A stretch of 32,000 bases of DNA from the NCBI GenBank assembly GCA_963675915.1, contig OY780959.1:1920001-1952000 (forward strand), given 5' to 3'. Shown here piece by piece: positions 17,272 through 27,030 of this stretch (position 1 is its first letter; every line of letters starts with the position of its first letter). The notes beneath the pieces are model-generated. The model worked only from the letters and a program-made list of their open reading frames with translations. It was not told where the DNA came from and did no database searches. Both the position numbers and the translations under genes were made by a program. The DNA is from Coprobacillaceae bacterium (GTDB lineage: Bacteria; Bacillota_I; Bacilli_A; Erysipelotrichales; Coprobacillaceae).

Positions 17272-18423
17272 ATGCAAGTTGGTGTTATTGGATTAGGTAC
17301 CGTTGGTTATGGAGTAGTGGAAATCCTGACAAACGAGAAAAAACGACTTGAAAAACTATTAGGCCAAGAAGTTATTGTCAAATATGGTTGTAGTTTAGAC
17401 GATGTTGATTTGCCTGAAGGTATTATAAAAACAAAAGATTATCAAGACGTGTTAAACGATGAAGAAGTTGATGTGGTAGTTGAACTTATTGGCGGCGAAA
17501 CTATTGCTAAAAAGATCATCATTGACTCCTTGAAAGCTGGAAAAAATGTTGTAACTGCAAATAAAGCTTTGATTGCTCATTATGGAAAAGAAATTTTTGC
17601 ATGTGCAAAAGAGAATAAATGTCATATCTTATATGAAGCTAGTGTTGGGGGCGGCATCCCAGTATTAGTTTCGCAAAAAGAAAGCTTAGTGGCTAATAAC
17701 ACTAAAAAAATCACAGGAATCCTTAACGGAACAACAAACTTTATCCTGACATTAATGGAAAAAGACAATCTTGATTTTGGTGAAGCCTTAAAAATTGCAG
17801 AAGGCCTGGGATATGTAGAAGCAAATCCGGCATTGGACCTTGACGGTATTGATGCTGCTCATAAAATTTGTATCTTAGCGCAAAACGGTTTCGGACAATT
17901 CATCGATTTTGACAAAATCCAATGCAACGGTATCCGTACGGTTACCAAAAAGGATATGGCTTTTGCCATGAAATTTGGTTACCGTTTCAAAATGATTGCT
18001 CAAGCGAAAAAACTTGAAAACGGAATTGGAATTGATGTGTCGGCCGCTTTGGTCAACATGGAATCATTGGTAGCTAACGTTATGGATGCGTATAATGTAG
18101 TCGAAATCGATACCGATTATTTGGAAAACGTAATTTATTACGGAAAAGGTGCCGGACGTTATGTGACAGCATCAGCTGTAGTCAGCGATATCATCAAGAC
18201 TCATCAAACAGAATTGTGGAGTCATGATTATCCAGATTGTGAAAACGTTCAAGCAATTACCAAATCAAAATACTACATCAGAACCAATGCTCCAATCGAA
18301 GTAGATTATATTGAATATTATTCAAAAGACGAAGATCATATCTACATCACAGAAGAATTGGAATTAAATGATATCAAACCACTATTAAACGAAAGCAGTG
18401 TCTGTTTCAAAGTACACGGATAG
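17272..18423 (+). CDS. hom: Homoserine dehydrogenase
   Basis: The track lists 17260-18423. The start is moved to the ATG at 17272 (MQVGVIGLGTVGYGV = NAD-binding GxGxxG) with GGAGG 5 nt upstream. The catalytic region NGTTNFIL is present. Confidence 0.9.
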   Translation: MQVGVIGLGTVGYGVVEILTNEKKRLEKLLGQEVIVKYGCSLDDVDLPEGIIKTKDYQDVLNDEEVDVVVELIGGETIAKKIIIDSLKAGKNVVTANKALIAHYGKEIFACAKENKCHILYEASVGGGIPVLVSQKESLVANNTKKITGILNGTTNFILTLMEKDNLDFGEALKIAEGLGYVEANPALDLDGIDAAHKICILAQNGFGQFIDFDKIQCNGIRTVTKKDMAFAMKFGYRFKMIAQAKKLENGIGIDVSAALVNMESLVANVMDAYNVVEIDTDYLENVIYYGKGAGRYVTASAVVSDIIKTHQTELWSHDYPDCENVQAITKSKYYIRTNAPIEVDYIEYYSKDEDHIYITEELELNDIKPLLNESSVCFKVHG

Positions 18424-18431
18424 GAGAAAAT

Positions 18432-19466
18432 ATGAAAAAGTATAATGTAGCCATCGTTGGTGCAACTGGAGCCGTAGGAGCTGAAATGCTTCGTTGTGTT
18501 CTGGAATTTAACTTCCCTTACGAATCAATCAAATTATTAGCTTCAGCTCGTTCAGCTGGAAAAGAAATTACTCAAAGCGGTCATACATTCATCGTAGAAG
18601 AATTGACTGAAAACAGTTTTGAAGGTGTTGATGTGGCGTTCTGGTCGGCAGGAGGATCAATCTCTGCAAAATTCATGCCTGCAGCGGTTAAAGCCGGATG
18701 TGTTAACATCGATAACTCATCCCACTTCAGAATGGATCCGGAAGTACCTTTGGTTGTACCAGAAGTTAATGGTGAAGCATTAAGAAACCACAAAGGAATC
18801 ATCGCTAACCCTAACTGTACGACAATCATCATGTGTTCAGCATTGAACCGCATCGAAGAAGAATTCGACATTGAAAAAATCACTGTTTCAACTTACCAAG
18901 CCGTATCTGGTGCCGGAGTTGCTGCAATGGATGAACTTTACGCTCAATCACGCGATGTATTAGCTGGTAATGAACCAGTTGCTGAAGTTTTACCTTCGGC
19001 TGGTGATAAAAAACATTACCCAATCGCTTTCAACTGTATCCCTCAAGTAGATGTTTTCAACTTGGAAAACGGATACTCTAAAGAGGAGTTGAAAATGGTT
19101 AATGAAACTAAAAAAATCTTTGATAAAGACATCAGCGTCAACGCTACTTGTGTTCGTGTTCCAGTTTTACGTGGACACAGTGAATCACTTTACGTTAAAA
19201 CAAGAAAACCACTTGATATGGACAAAGTGTTCGAATTACTAGGAAATTCAGTTGGTGTTGATCTTTATGATGATCTTGCTAACCAAATCTATCCTATGGC
19301 AACTACATTCATCGGGGATGAAATGGTTCACGTAGGACGTGTTCGTAAAGACCTTGACAGTGATTACGGTTTAAACCTTTGGGTAGTATCTGATCAGTTA
19401 ATGAAGGGTGCTGCTTACAACTCTGTTGACATCGGTTTAAAAATGATCGAAATGGGATTATTATAA
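18432..19466 (+). CDS. asd: Aspartate-semialdehyde dehydrogenase
   Basis: 344 aa. It has VAIVGATGAVG at the N-terminus and the active-site motif ANPNCTTI. A TAGGAG RBS lies upstream. Confidence 0.92.
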   Translation: MKKYNVAIVGATGAVGAEMLRCVLEFNFPYESIKLLASARSAGKEITQSGHTFIVEELTENSFEGVDVAFWSAGGSISAKFMPAAVKAGCVNIDNSSHFRMDPEVPLVVPEVNGEALRNHKGIIANPNCTTIIMCSALNRIEEEFDIEKITVSTYQAVSGAGVAAMDELYAQSRDVLAGNEPVAEVLPSAGDKKHYPIAFNCIPQVDVFNLENGYSKEELKMVNETKKIFDKDISVNATCVRVPVLRGHSESLYVKTRKPLDMDKVFELLGNSVGVDLYDDLANQIYPMATTFIGDEMVHVGRVRKDLDSDYGLNLWVVSDQLMKGAAYNSVDIGLKMIEMGLL

Positions 19467-19473
19467 TATATGT

Positions 19474-19505
19474 AAAAAGTCGAATCTTTACGATTCGACT
19501 TTTTA
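19474..19505. terminator. Bidirectional intrinsic terminator between convergent asd and degV
   Basis: AAAAAGTCGAATC-tttac-GATTCGACTTTTT. The hairpin overlaps the degV stop codon. Confidence 0.8.
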
Positions 19506-20390
19506 TTTTCTAATCAATCCCAATCCCAGTGGATAAGGGCCGGTATGAACCGCTATCGTAGCTCCGATTTGCTCAATTGCGATTGTCTCTGGTTCAATAT
19601 TCAAATTCTGACTAAATTCTGACATGACTTTTTCCCGGAATTTAAGGGCCTCTTCGTAATCATATCCATATCCAATGACAAAGTCAAAATTGTCAGGATC
19701 ATACCCGTTTTCCCTAAAATATTCGATACATTTATCGATTACCGCGGTCAGCGCTTTTTTACGCCCTCTTTTAAGTCCCTCATTGAATATTTCTCCCTCT
19801 TTAAGGCAAATAATCGGCTTTATCGAAAGAACGCTGGCAGCGATTGAAGAAAGCTTGCCAACCCGGCCTCCGTGAACAAGATAATCCATCGAGCCGATTG
19901 TGAAAAATATTCGACCCGTTTTGATATTTTCATTGAAATAGTCAACCAATTGTTCGATTGAATGGCCTTGATTTTTCAGTCTTACCAACTGTTTGAGCAA
20001 CAAGCCTTGCAAAACGGTGTTGACGTTGGAATCAAGAACAGTAATTCTCCTTTGAGGATATTCTTCACCAAGCATCTCCCGGGCATTGCAAGCTGCGTTG
20101 TAGGAACCAGAAAATTTCGAAGTTATGCAGATTACGATCAGATCAAACCCGGATTCAAGCTGGGGTTTCATCGCCTCTAGATAGTCGCCAATCGACGGCG
20201 TAGATGTTTTTGGAAATATTTTGGGGTTATCAATCATATTCTGATAGAATTCTCTGACCTCAAGATCGACCCCTTCCTTTTGATTAAGTTTATTTCCAAA
20301 AGAAATATAAAAAGGAACATTAATTATTTGATTATCATCAAGGTAGCCCTGTGACAAATCACAGGAACCGTCAGTAATAATTTTATACAT
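19503..20390 (-). CDS. DegV-family fatty-acid-binding protein
   Basis: 295 aa. The sequence MYKIITDGSCDLSQ...TSTPSIGDY...SGSYNAA matches typical DegV family landmarks. Confidence 0.85.
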   Translation of the reverse strand: MYKIITDGSCDLSQGYLDDNQIINVPFYISFGNKLNQKEGVDLEVREFYQNMIDNPKIFPKTSTPSIGDYLEAMKPQLESGFDLIVICITSKFSGSYNAACNAREMLGEEYPQRRITVLDSNVNTVLQGLLLKQLVRLKNQGHSIEQLVDYFNENIKTGRIFFTIGSMDYLVHGGRVGKLSSIAASVLSIKPIICLKEGEIFNEGLKRGRKKALTAVIDKCIEYFRENGYDPDNFDFVIGYGYDYEEALKFREKVMSEFSQNLNIEPETIAIEQIGATIAVHTGPYPLGLGLIRK

Positions 20391-20442
20391 ATCTCTTACC
20401 TCGTTTCAATTAATTATCGCCCTTTTAAAATTCAAATGCAAG

Positions 20443-20473
20443 AAAAAAAGAAGGTAGCTATTCAGCTTCCTTC
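20443..20473 (-). terminator. Intrinsic terminator of the pst-pho operon
   Basis: On the minus strand: GAAGGAAGCT-gaat-AGCTACCTTC (one mismatch) followed by T7. The hairpin overlaps the phoR stop. Confidence 0.7.
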
Positions 20474-22140
20474 TTTGCTATTGGTAGAACTACAACAAAT
20501 TTGGATCCCTGTCCAATCACAGAATCCACAGTTACCAGACCTTTATAGTGGGCAACAATATGTTTGACAATCGAAAGACCCAGTCCAGTGCCGCCAGTTC
20601 CTTTGTCCCGGCCGTCATCGATCCGATAGAATCGCTCGAAAATCCGTGGGATTTCATTGGCAGCTATTCCATTACCGGTATCTCCGACAATGATATTAAC
20701 GGAATTCTGATATTTGAATACATCGATTGTAACCTGGCCGCCATCGCGATTATATTTGCAGGCGTTGGAGATCAGATTATTGAACAACTGATGAATATGT
20801 TTGATATTGGCATGATATACGATATCCTCGCAGTTCATGACAATTTCAAGATTCTTATCGCTGATAACCTTGGATTGAGAATCCAAGACATCATTGATGA
20901 TGCTTTCAATTTTAATATCGGTGTACTGAACTTCAATTGCGTTGTTTTCCAGCATTGAGATCATCAGGATATCCGAGATCAGATTTGACATATTGACCGT
21001 CTCACGGTTGATTTTACGATATACTTCACGAATCGCTTCAGGATCCTTGATATAATCAGCCAACAGGATATCACTGTAACCCCTGATAGCAGTCATCGGT
21101 GTCTTCAATTCATGAGATACATTGGAGAAAAACTCACTTCTCATCTGCATAGCCTTACGGTTCTCGGTAACATTGATAAACAGTACGGTTACCCCATATT
21201 CAACTTTGGAGATATAGCAAGAATAAATCCGATCAATCGAGATATAATCAAATTTGATAGTTTCATCCTGTACATTTTTGATGGCTTTGAGCAGCTTCTT
21301 GTCAAAGAAAAATTCCGTGGCATCCTGTTTGTAGACAAAAGCCGCCGAATTAATAATTCTAGCCCGCTTGTTGGCCATGATGACCTGATTTTTTTCATTA
21401 AGCAGGACAAAACCTTCTTTCATTTGATCAAGGATTGCATTGATTCTGAACTGCTCGAATCTGAGCCGCTTCATAGTTGTATTGATTCTCCGGGAAATCC
21501 GTCGGGCTTTTCCAAGGATTATATTATACTCATCATAGCTGACGTTGATATCACCAGAGTGTCCACTATCACCGTCAAGAAGAATATCTTCCAGATAACT
21601 TGAAACTTCATTGATTGGCTTAATCATCCGTCTCGACAGGATGATACTTCCAAAGTACGATATCGCAATCACCATAACATAGGCAACAGCCAAAGGATAA
21701 GCATTTCTAGCCACAATTTGGCCAAAACCAAGGTAGGCAACCACGACTCTGACAACATAATCGCCCGTAGTTTTGGTCACTGCCAGCACATTGGTCTCAA
21801 AATCTTCGGAGTAGTAAATTTCTTTACCTGTCCCATAAAAATATGCCTCGATATATTCTCCGCTTTTTGATTGGTCTATCGGCGAAGCCTCACCGTTGTA
21901 AGCGATAATATTACCCTGACGATCCATTACCGCAATTTGAATCACCTGGGAGTCAAAGAAAGTCGGTATGGTCATGCCGGTATTGGCAATATTCTCAGCG
22001 GTAATATCTAACGCATAATCAACTATCCGCTCTTGTTGAGTTCGCAATGTTGTCGCAGTGGCAACTACTGATACCGCGCTTACCAAAACAAATATCACAG
22101 TCATTATCACGGCAACATACTTAAAAATCGTCTTACTCAT
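20458..22140 (-). CDS. phoR: Sensor histidine kinase, PhoR-like
   Basis: The track lists 20458-22206. The start is moved to the ATG at 22140 (MSKTIFKYVAVIM...), which forms an ATGAGTAA overlap with the response-regulator stop. The protein has an N-terminal TM segment, an extracytoplasmic region, a second TM segment, a PAS-like segment, the H-box FSNVSHELKTPMTAI, and the G-box GTGLGLSIVKHIV. Confidence 0.8.
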   Translation of the reverse strand: MSKTIFKYVAVIMTVIFVLVSAVSVVATATTLRTQQERIVDYALDITAENIANTGMTIPTFFDSQVIQIAVMDRQGNIIAYNGEASPIDQSKSGEYIEAYFYGTGKEIYYSEDFETNVLAVTKTTGDYVVRVVVAYLGFGQIVARNAYPLAVAYVMVIAISYFGSIILSRRMIKPINEVSSYLEDILLDGDSGHSGDINVSYDEYNIILGKARRISRRINTTMKRLRFEQFRINAILDQMKEGFVLLNEKNQVIMANKRARIINSAAFVYKQDATEFFFDKKLLKAIKNVQDETIKFDYISIDRIYSCYISKVEYGVTVLFINVTENRKAMQMRSEFFSNVSHELKTPMTAIRGYSDILLADYIKDPEAIREVYRKINRETVNMSNLISDILMISMLENNAIEVQYTDIKIESIINDVLDSQSKVISDKNLEIVMNCEDIVYHANIKHIHQLFNNLISNACKYNRDGGQVTIDVFKYQNSVNIIVGDTGNGIAANEIPRIFERFYRIDDGRDKGTGGTGLGLSIVKHIVAHYKGLVTVDSVIGQGSKFVVVLPIAKKEAE

Positions 22141-22816
22141 TTTTAGTTCTCTCTTCAAAACGATATCCCACACCTCGCGATGTTGAGATATACTTAGTGG
22201 TTTCATTGTCCAACTTCGATCTCAGGGCGCGAACATGGACATCAAGCGCCCGTGACTCACCCATAAAATCATAGCCCCAGATTTCATTCAGCAATTCTTC
22301 GCGCGGAACAACCCGATGGCGGTTTTCCATCAAGTAGATAAGAAGCTGATATTCCTTGTTGGTCAATTCAATCTTTTTACCCAATTGATTGACAACTCTG
22401 GTTTCCTGATTGATTTTCAATGTCTTTGAATTCAGCACCAAAACGTGACTCTGCTTTCTACGGATCAAAGCTCGCACCCGGGCTTGCAATTCAAGCACCC
22501 CAAATGGTTTAGCCATATAATCGTCCGCACCGCTGTCCAGTCCGGTAACTTTATCTATTTCCCGGTCCTTGGCCGAAAGAATCAAAATCGGCAAGTTTGG
22601 ATTGGTTGATCTGATCATCTTGATTGCATCAATCCCGCTCATCCGCGGCAACATGATATCAAAAATCGCCAAATCAGGATCATTTTCCCTGATAGCCTCC
22701 AAAGCATCAATGGCGTTGCTGAATGCCATAATTTCATATCCGGTGGAACCCAAAGCAATTTCAATGACTTCCCGAATGCTATCATCATCTTCAACAATTA
22801 CAATTTTTTCTGCCAC
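22133..22816 (-). CDS. phoP: OmpR/PhoB-family response regulator, PhoP-like
   Basis: 227 aa. It has a receiver domain (IVIVEDDDSI...DIMLPRMSG) and a winged-helix output domain (...TSRGVGYRF). The apparent start codon is GTG, with a GAGGGAG RBS. Confidence 0.85.
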   Translation of the reverse strand: MAEKIVIVEDDDSIREVIEIALGSTGYEIMAFSNAIDALEAIRENDPDLAIFDIMLPRMSGIDAIKMIRSTNPNLPILILSAKDREIDKVTGLDSGADDYMAKPFGVLELQARVRALIRRKQSHVLVLNSKTLKINQETRVVNQLGKKIELTNKEYQLLIYLMENRHRVVPREELLNEIWGYDFMGESRALDVHVRALRSKLDNETTKYISTSRGVGYRFEERTKNE

Positions 22817-22831
22817 AAAACCACTCCCTCT

Positions 22832-23491
22832 CTAGATTAATCTAGTGTGATTCATTTCTCCTGTTTCCTGGAACTCTGTCCATTCACAAATATTTACAGC
22901 ATGATCTCCGATTCGTTCCAAATATTTGGCAATGATTGTAAATTCAATACAAGCATCGATTTGGTCAGGAGAATTTCTGGTAATTTCAACTAATTCCGAT
23001 TTGACTTTATCAAACAGTTCATCAACCCGATCATCCCTAAGTTTTACTTCTTTTGCCAAAGTCACATCATTATCATTGAATGATTGAATTGCATCACGAA
23101 CCATTTTGGTGGCGATTGACGCCATTTCAGGAATATCTTCAACCATTTTGAATGCATGTTTTTCATTCATTCTGATGATAGTTTCGCAAATATCAGCACT
23201 TTGATCTCCGATTCTTTCAAGGTCAGTTACAATCTTAAGGGCAGTTGAAATATCACGCAAATCACGGGCAATCGGTTGCTGTCTCAAGATAAGACCAAGG
23301 CAACTGGCCTCAATCTGTCGCTCCATTTCATTAATTTCTTTATCTTTCAAAACGACTCTTTGCGCCATTTCCTTATCATCATTTTTAAAAGCATCAATTG
23401 CATTTTCAAGTGATTTGATTACTAAATAACACATGCGGTTCAAATCAACTTTCAACTTATTTAGGTCATTTACATATGAGGTTCTTAGCAT
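22832..23491 (-). CDS. phoU: Phosphate signalling complex protein PhoU
   Basis: 219 aa with a duplicated PhoU repeat carrying DLERIGDQSADI and YLERIGDHAVNI. Confidence 0.92.
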   Translation of the reverse strand: MLRTSYVNDLNKLKVDLNRMCYLVIKSLENAIDAFKNDDKEMAQRVVLKDKEINEMERQIEASCLGLILRQQPIARDLRDISTALKIVTDLERIGDQSADICETIIRMNEKHAFKMVEDIPEMASIATKMVRDAIQSFNDNDVTLAKEVKLRDDRVDELFDKVKSELVEITRNSPDQIDACIEFTIIAKYLERIGDHAVNICEWTEFQETGEMNHTRLI

Positions 23492-23500
23492 AATTTTCTC

Positions 23501-24256
23501 CTATCCAAAACGTCCGGTAATATAATTTTCTGTTCTTTCGTCCTGTGGTCTTGAGAACAGATCAGCTGTTTTTCCGTATTCAATCATTTCACCAATCAAG
23601 AAGAAAGCTGTGTAGTCAGCGATACGACTGGCTTGTTGCATATTATGAGTTACTATCGCGATCGTATATTTATCTTTTAACTCCATCAGCAATTCTTCGA
23701 TTTTCAAAGTAGAAATCGGATCCAGTGCAGAAGTCGGTTCATCCAATAAGATAACATCAGGTTCAACCGCCAAACAACGGGCGATACAAAGACGTTGTTG
23801 CTGCCCTCCAGATAGTCCAAGAGCATTTGTGTGCAGACGATCCTTGACTTCATCATAAAGAGCCGCTGCTTTTAAAGAATCTTCAACAATTTTATCCAAA
23901 CGTTTGCGATCTTTGATTCCATGGATCCGAGGTCCATAAGCCACATTATCATAGATAGTCATTGGGAATGGATTTGGTTGTTGGAAAACCATTCCAACTT
24001 TTTTTCTTAAAATGGTCGTATCAACTTTTTCGTCGTAGATGTTTTCTCCATCAAGGATGACATCACCCTCAATTCTGACATTGTCGATATAATCATTCAT
24101 CCGGTTCAATGTTTTCAAATAAGTTGATTTACCACATCCCGAAGGACCGATAAATGCCGTGATAGCATGTTCTTTGATATCGAGATCAATCCCTTTAAGG
24201 GCATGTTTCTCTCCATACCATAAATTCAAATCTTTTGTTGTAATTTTATTTTCCAT
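23501..24256 (-). CDS. pstB: Phosphate ABC transporter ATP-binding protein
   Basis: 251 aa. It has Walker [10 protein letters not shown], the signature LSGGQQQRL, Walker [12 protein letters not shown], and the PstB-typical C-terminus YITGRFG. Confidence 0.95.
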   Translation of the reverse strand: MENKITTKDLNLWYGEKHALKGIDLDIKEHAITAFIGPSGCGKSTYLKTLNRMNDYIDNVRIEGDVILDGENIYDEKVDTTILRKKVGMVFQQPNPFPMTIYDNVAYGPRIHGIKDRKRLDKIVEDSLKAAALYDEVKDRLHTNALGLSGGQQQRLCIARCLAVEPDVILLDEPTSALDPISTLKIEELLMELKDKYTIAIVTHNMQQASRIADYTAFFLIGEMIEYGKTADLFSRPQDERTENYITGRFG

Positions 24257-24269
24257 TGTCTATTTCCTT

Positions 24270-25130
24270 CTATTTAATTCTGCTTACATCAAAACGTCTC
24301 GAAATCCATCTCGCTGTGAAATTCAACGACAGAACGATTACCATTAATACCAATGCGATAACGAACGCAATATCAAAATTTCCTTTTGCCATTTCAAAAT
24401 AAAGTTGGATCGTTAAGGTAGCTCCTGATGTCGTGATATGTCCAATAATGTTAGCCGGCAATTTGGCTACAGCACCAGCTGTGAAGATCAATGCTGCCGA
24501 CTCAGCTACAACCCGTCCCATTGCCAGGATAACCCCGGTCAAGATACCAGGAATTGCGCTAGGAAGTAATACTGTTCTTATCATATACCATTTGGTCGAC
24601 CCAATACCCAAGGCCGCTTCACGGTATGAATTTGGCACATTGTCCAAAGCAACTTGGGTATTTCTAGAAATCAATGGCAATACCATAATTGCCAAAGTTA
24701 AGGCTCCGGTTAAAATCGAGTAAGAAAGTCCTAGGAACAACCCGAAGAACAAATACCCGAACAAACCATATACAATTGATGGGATCCCCGCCAAGACTTC
24801 AGTCGTGAAACTAACCAAGTCCACGAATTTTCCACCTTTGGCATATTCATTAAGATAGATTGCTCCTCCGACCCCGATCGGCACTGCAATCACCAAGGTC
24901 AAGACAATCATGTAAATTGTGTTAATTATGTTAGGCAAAATCCCAACTGTGTTTTTTAGAATACTGGTTTGATTTATAAAATATCCGATATCCAATTCAG
25001 GTATTCCTCTAAAAGCAATGTACCCTAAGATGACAATTACTATCAGCAGGGAAATACCGGTACAAAGATAGATTAATCCGCTTAGGACATTGTCCGATAC
25101 ACGTTTCTTTTTATCAAAAATACTTTGCAT
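24270..25130 (-). CDS. pstA: Phosphate ABC transporter permease PstA
   Basis: 286 aa polytopic permease with the EAA-like loop YREAALGIGSTKW. It occupies the expected position in the pst operon. Confidence 0.88.
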   Translation of the reverse strand: MQSIFDKKKRVSDNVLSGLIYLCTGISLLIVIVILGYIAFRGIPELDIGYFINQTSILKNTVGILPNIINTIYMIVLTLVIAVPIGVGGAIYLNEYAKGGKFVDLVSFTTEVLAGIPSIVYGLFGYLFFGLFLGLSYSILTGALTLAIMVLPLISRNTQVALDNVPNSYREAALGIGSTKWYMIRTVLLPSAIPGILTGVILAMGRVVAESAALIFTAGAVAKLPANIIGHITTSGATLTIQLYFEMAKGNFDIAFVIALVLMVIVLSLNFTARWISRRFDVSRIK

Positions 25131-25148
25131 ACTATACTCCTTCCAATA

Positions 25149-26087
25149 TTAATTGTCACTCGCCACGCTGGCACGAACCAAGCGCGTCAAGATAATGTTG
25201 ATTACCATGATAAAGACAAACAACACCAATGCAATCGTATATAAAACATCAAGATGGACACCGGTTGCATATGCAAAATCAGTTACGATCCCTGTTGTTA
25301 AAAACCGGACCGAAGCAAATGGTGTCGGAAAATTAACTGAATTCCCGGAAACGAGTACGATTGCCATCGCTTCCCCGATAGCTCGTCCAACCCCAAGAAC
25401 AACAGCTGAAAGAATCCCGTTCTTTGCAGCAGGAATGACAACTTTGAAAATTGTCTGAATCTTGCTGGCCCCAAGAGCCAATGAAGATTGACGATAGTTG
25501 TCAGGAACAGCTTCTAAAGCCGTCTGAGAAATATTGATCAATGTCGGCAAAATCATTATTGCCAGTACCAGGATAGCCGAAAGTAAATTAGCTCCACCGG
25601 TAACCTGATGATTTGGATCGTTGGCAAAAATAATTTTCTCCAGGTCATACATGAAAGGATTTATTATCAGGATCCCCAGCAACCCATAAATCACCGAAGG
25701 AATACCCGCTAAAAGTTCAACCGCCGAACGGACTATTCCACGCTGTCTTGGCTGGGCAATTTCTGATAGAAATACAGCTGTCAGCAATCCAATCGGAACT
25801 CCGACTACAATTGCCGCAGCAACCCCGACGATTGATGTCAGGATGATCAGCAAGATACCATATTGTGCTTCTGCACCTGTTGGATCCCAAACCGGATTGA
25901 ATAAAATGTCGACTATCCCCTGGCTGAATAATGCCGGTGTTCCTGAGATAATCATATATATTGTAATTGAAGCAACCGCCAAAATAGACACAACGGCACA
26001 GATGCGAAGGATAATCGCAGCTGTGCGCTCTGTCGTTGATTTAGATCTGCGGTTGCTAATAATTGAAATGTTATTATTAGCTTCCAT
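25149..26087 (-). CDS. pstC: Phosphate ABC transporter permease PstC
   Basis: 312 aa polytopic permease with the loop YRQSSLALGASK. It lies between pstS and pstA. Confidence 0.88.
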   Translation of the reverse strand: MEANNNISIISNRRSKSTTERTAAIILRICAVVSILAVASITIYMIISGTPALFSQGIVDILFNPVWDPTGAEAQYGILLIILTSIVGVAAAIVVGVPIGLLTAVFLSEIAQPRQRGIVRSAVELLAGIPSVIYGLLGILIINPFMYDLEKIIFANDPNHQVTGGANLLSAILVLAIMILPTLINISQTALEAVPDNYRQSSLALGASKIQTIFKVVIPAAKNGILSAVVLGVGRAIGEAMAIVLVSGNSVNFPTPFASVRFLTTGIVTDFAYATGVHLDVLYTIALVLFVFIMVINIILTRLVRASVASDN

Positions 26088-26090
26088 TTA

Positions 26091-26900
26091 TTATTTTGCT
26101 CCTACTAATCCCACTGCTTCCAAGACTTTTTGTCCGTCTTCTGAAGCGATAAATTCGAATACGTTTTGTACAGCTTCTGTTTGATCAGAAATTTCACCCA
26201 TTGTCGCCATTACAAATGGACGAGACAATGTATATGAGCCATCTGAGATAGTATCTTTAGTCGGTTCAACCCCATTAAGAGCCATTGCCATTACTGTTTC
26301 ATCGACCATATCCAATGATACATATCCGATTGCACCTTCAATTTGAGCAACTTTTGCGATTACCGCTCCAGTTGATTCTATTTCCTGAGCATATGCCGCT
26401 TGACCTTCGATATCCAAGATTTCTTCAAATGCACCACGGGTACCTGAAGCCGAATCACGCCCGATTACTACAATTGCAGCATCCTGACCGCCCAATTCAG
26501 ACCAGTTCTTGATTTCACCAGTGTAAATATCGGCCAACTGAGCCGAAGTTATGTCGGTAACTGACAATGCTGGATTTACTACAACTGCAATCCCATCGAT
26601 TGCAACGATGTTTTCAACTACACCCTGATCCAATTCTTCTTGTTTTAAATTACGTGAAGCATCACCAATGTCAGCCGTTCCCGAAATCAAAGCTTTGATC
26701 CCAGATGAAGATCCGGTAAACTGAGCCTCAAGAGAAATATTAGGATATACTTCTGGCATAGCTTCTGATAAAGCTCCAACCAGTTTTTCCATTGAAGTCG
26801 AACCATCCAACTTTACCACTTCTTTATCGGTAGATGATCCACACCCAACCAAACCTACAGCCATTGCTAGAGCCATAAATATACTTACTAACTTTTTCAT
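26091..26900 (-). CDS. pstS: Phosphate-binding lipoprotein PstS
   Basis: The track lists 26091-26951. The start is moved to the ATG at 26900 (MKKLVSIFMALAMAVGLVGCGSS = signal peptide plus lipobox) after an AAGGAAGG RBS. The PBP-like motifs GSSSG and SGTRG are present. Confidence 0.88.
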   Translation of the reverse strand: MKKLVSIFMALAMAVGLVGCGSSTDKEVVKLDGSTSMEKLVGALSEAMPEVYPNISLEAQFTGSSSGIKALISGTADIGDASRNLKQEELDQGVVENIVAIDGIAVVVNPALSVTDITSAQLADIYTGEIKNWSELGGQDAAIVVIGRDSASGTRGAFEEILDIEGQAAYAQEIESTGAVIAKVAQIEGAIGYVSLDMVDETVMAMALNGVEPTKDTISDGSYTLSRPFVMATMGEISDQTEAVQNVFEFIASEDGQKVLEAVGLVGAK

Positions 26901-26976
26901 TTCAAATTTCCTTCCTTTGCGAATGTTAAGTTCCTTTACATAATAAGACAATAAATGTTATGAAAAAAGCACAGTC

Positions 26977-27004
26977 AGGTTAATTAATGTTAAGAATGTG
27001 TAAA
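26977..27004 (-). promoter_or_regulatory. Candidate PhoP (Pho-box) direct repeats upstream of pstS
   Basis: On the minus strand: TTTACA-cattc-TTAACA-ttaat-TAACCT. These are hexamers at 11-bp periodicity matching the Bacillus-type TT(A/T/C)ACA-N5 arrangement, about 75-100 nt upstream of the pstS ATG. Confidence 0.5.
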
Positions 27005-27030
27005 GAAAGTGCTTACACCTGTATTATCTC

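Noticed and set aside
20378-20392. A near-match to the TTGTATACAA box (TTTTATACAT) at the degV start, and another (GGTATACAAA) at about 31653 inside the lactonase gene.
   Set aside because: Each matches at only 8 of 10 positions and lies within coding sequence. They are not counted as sites.
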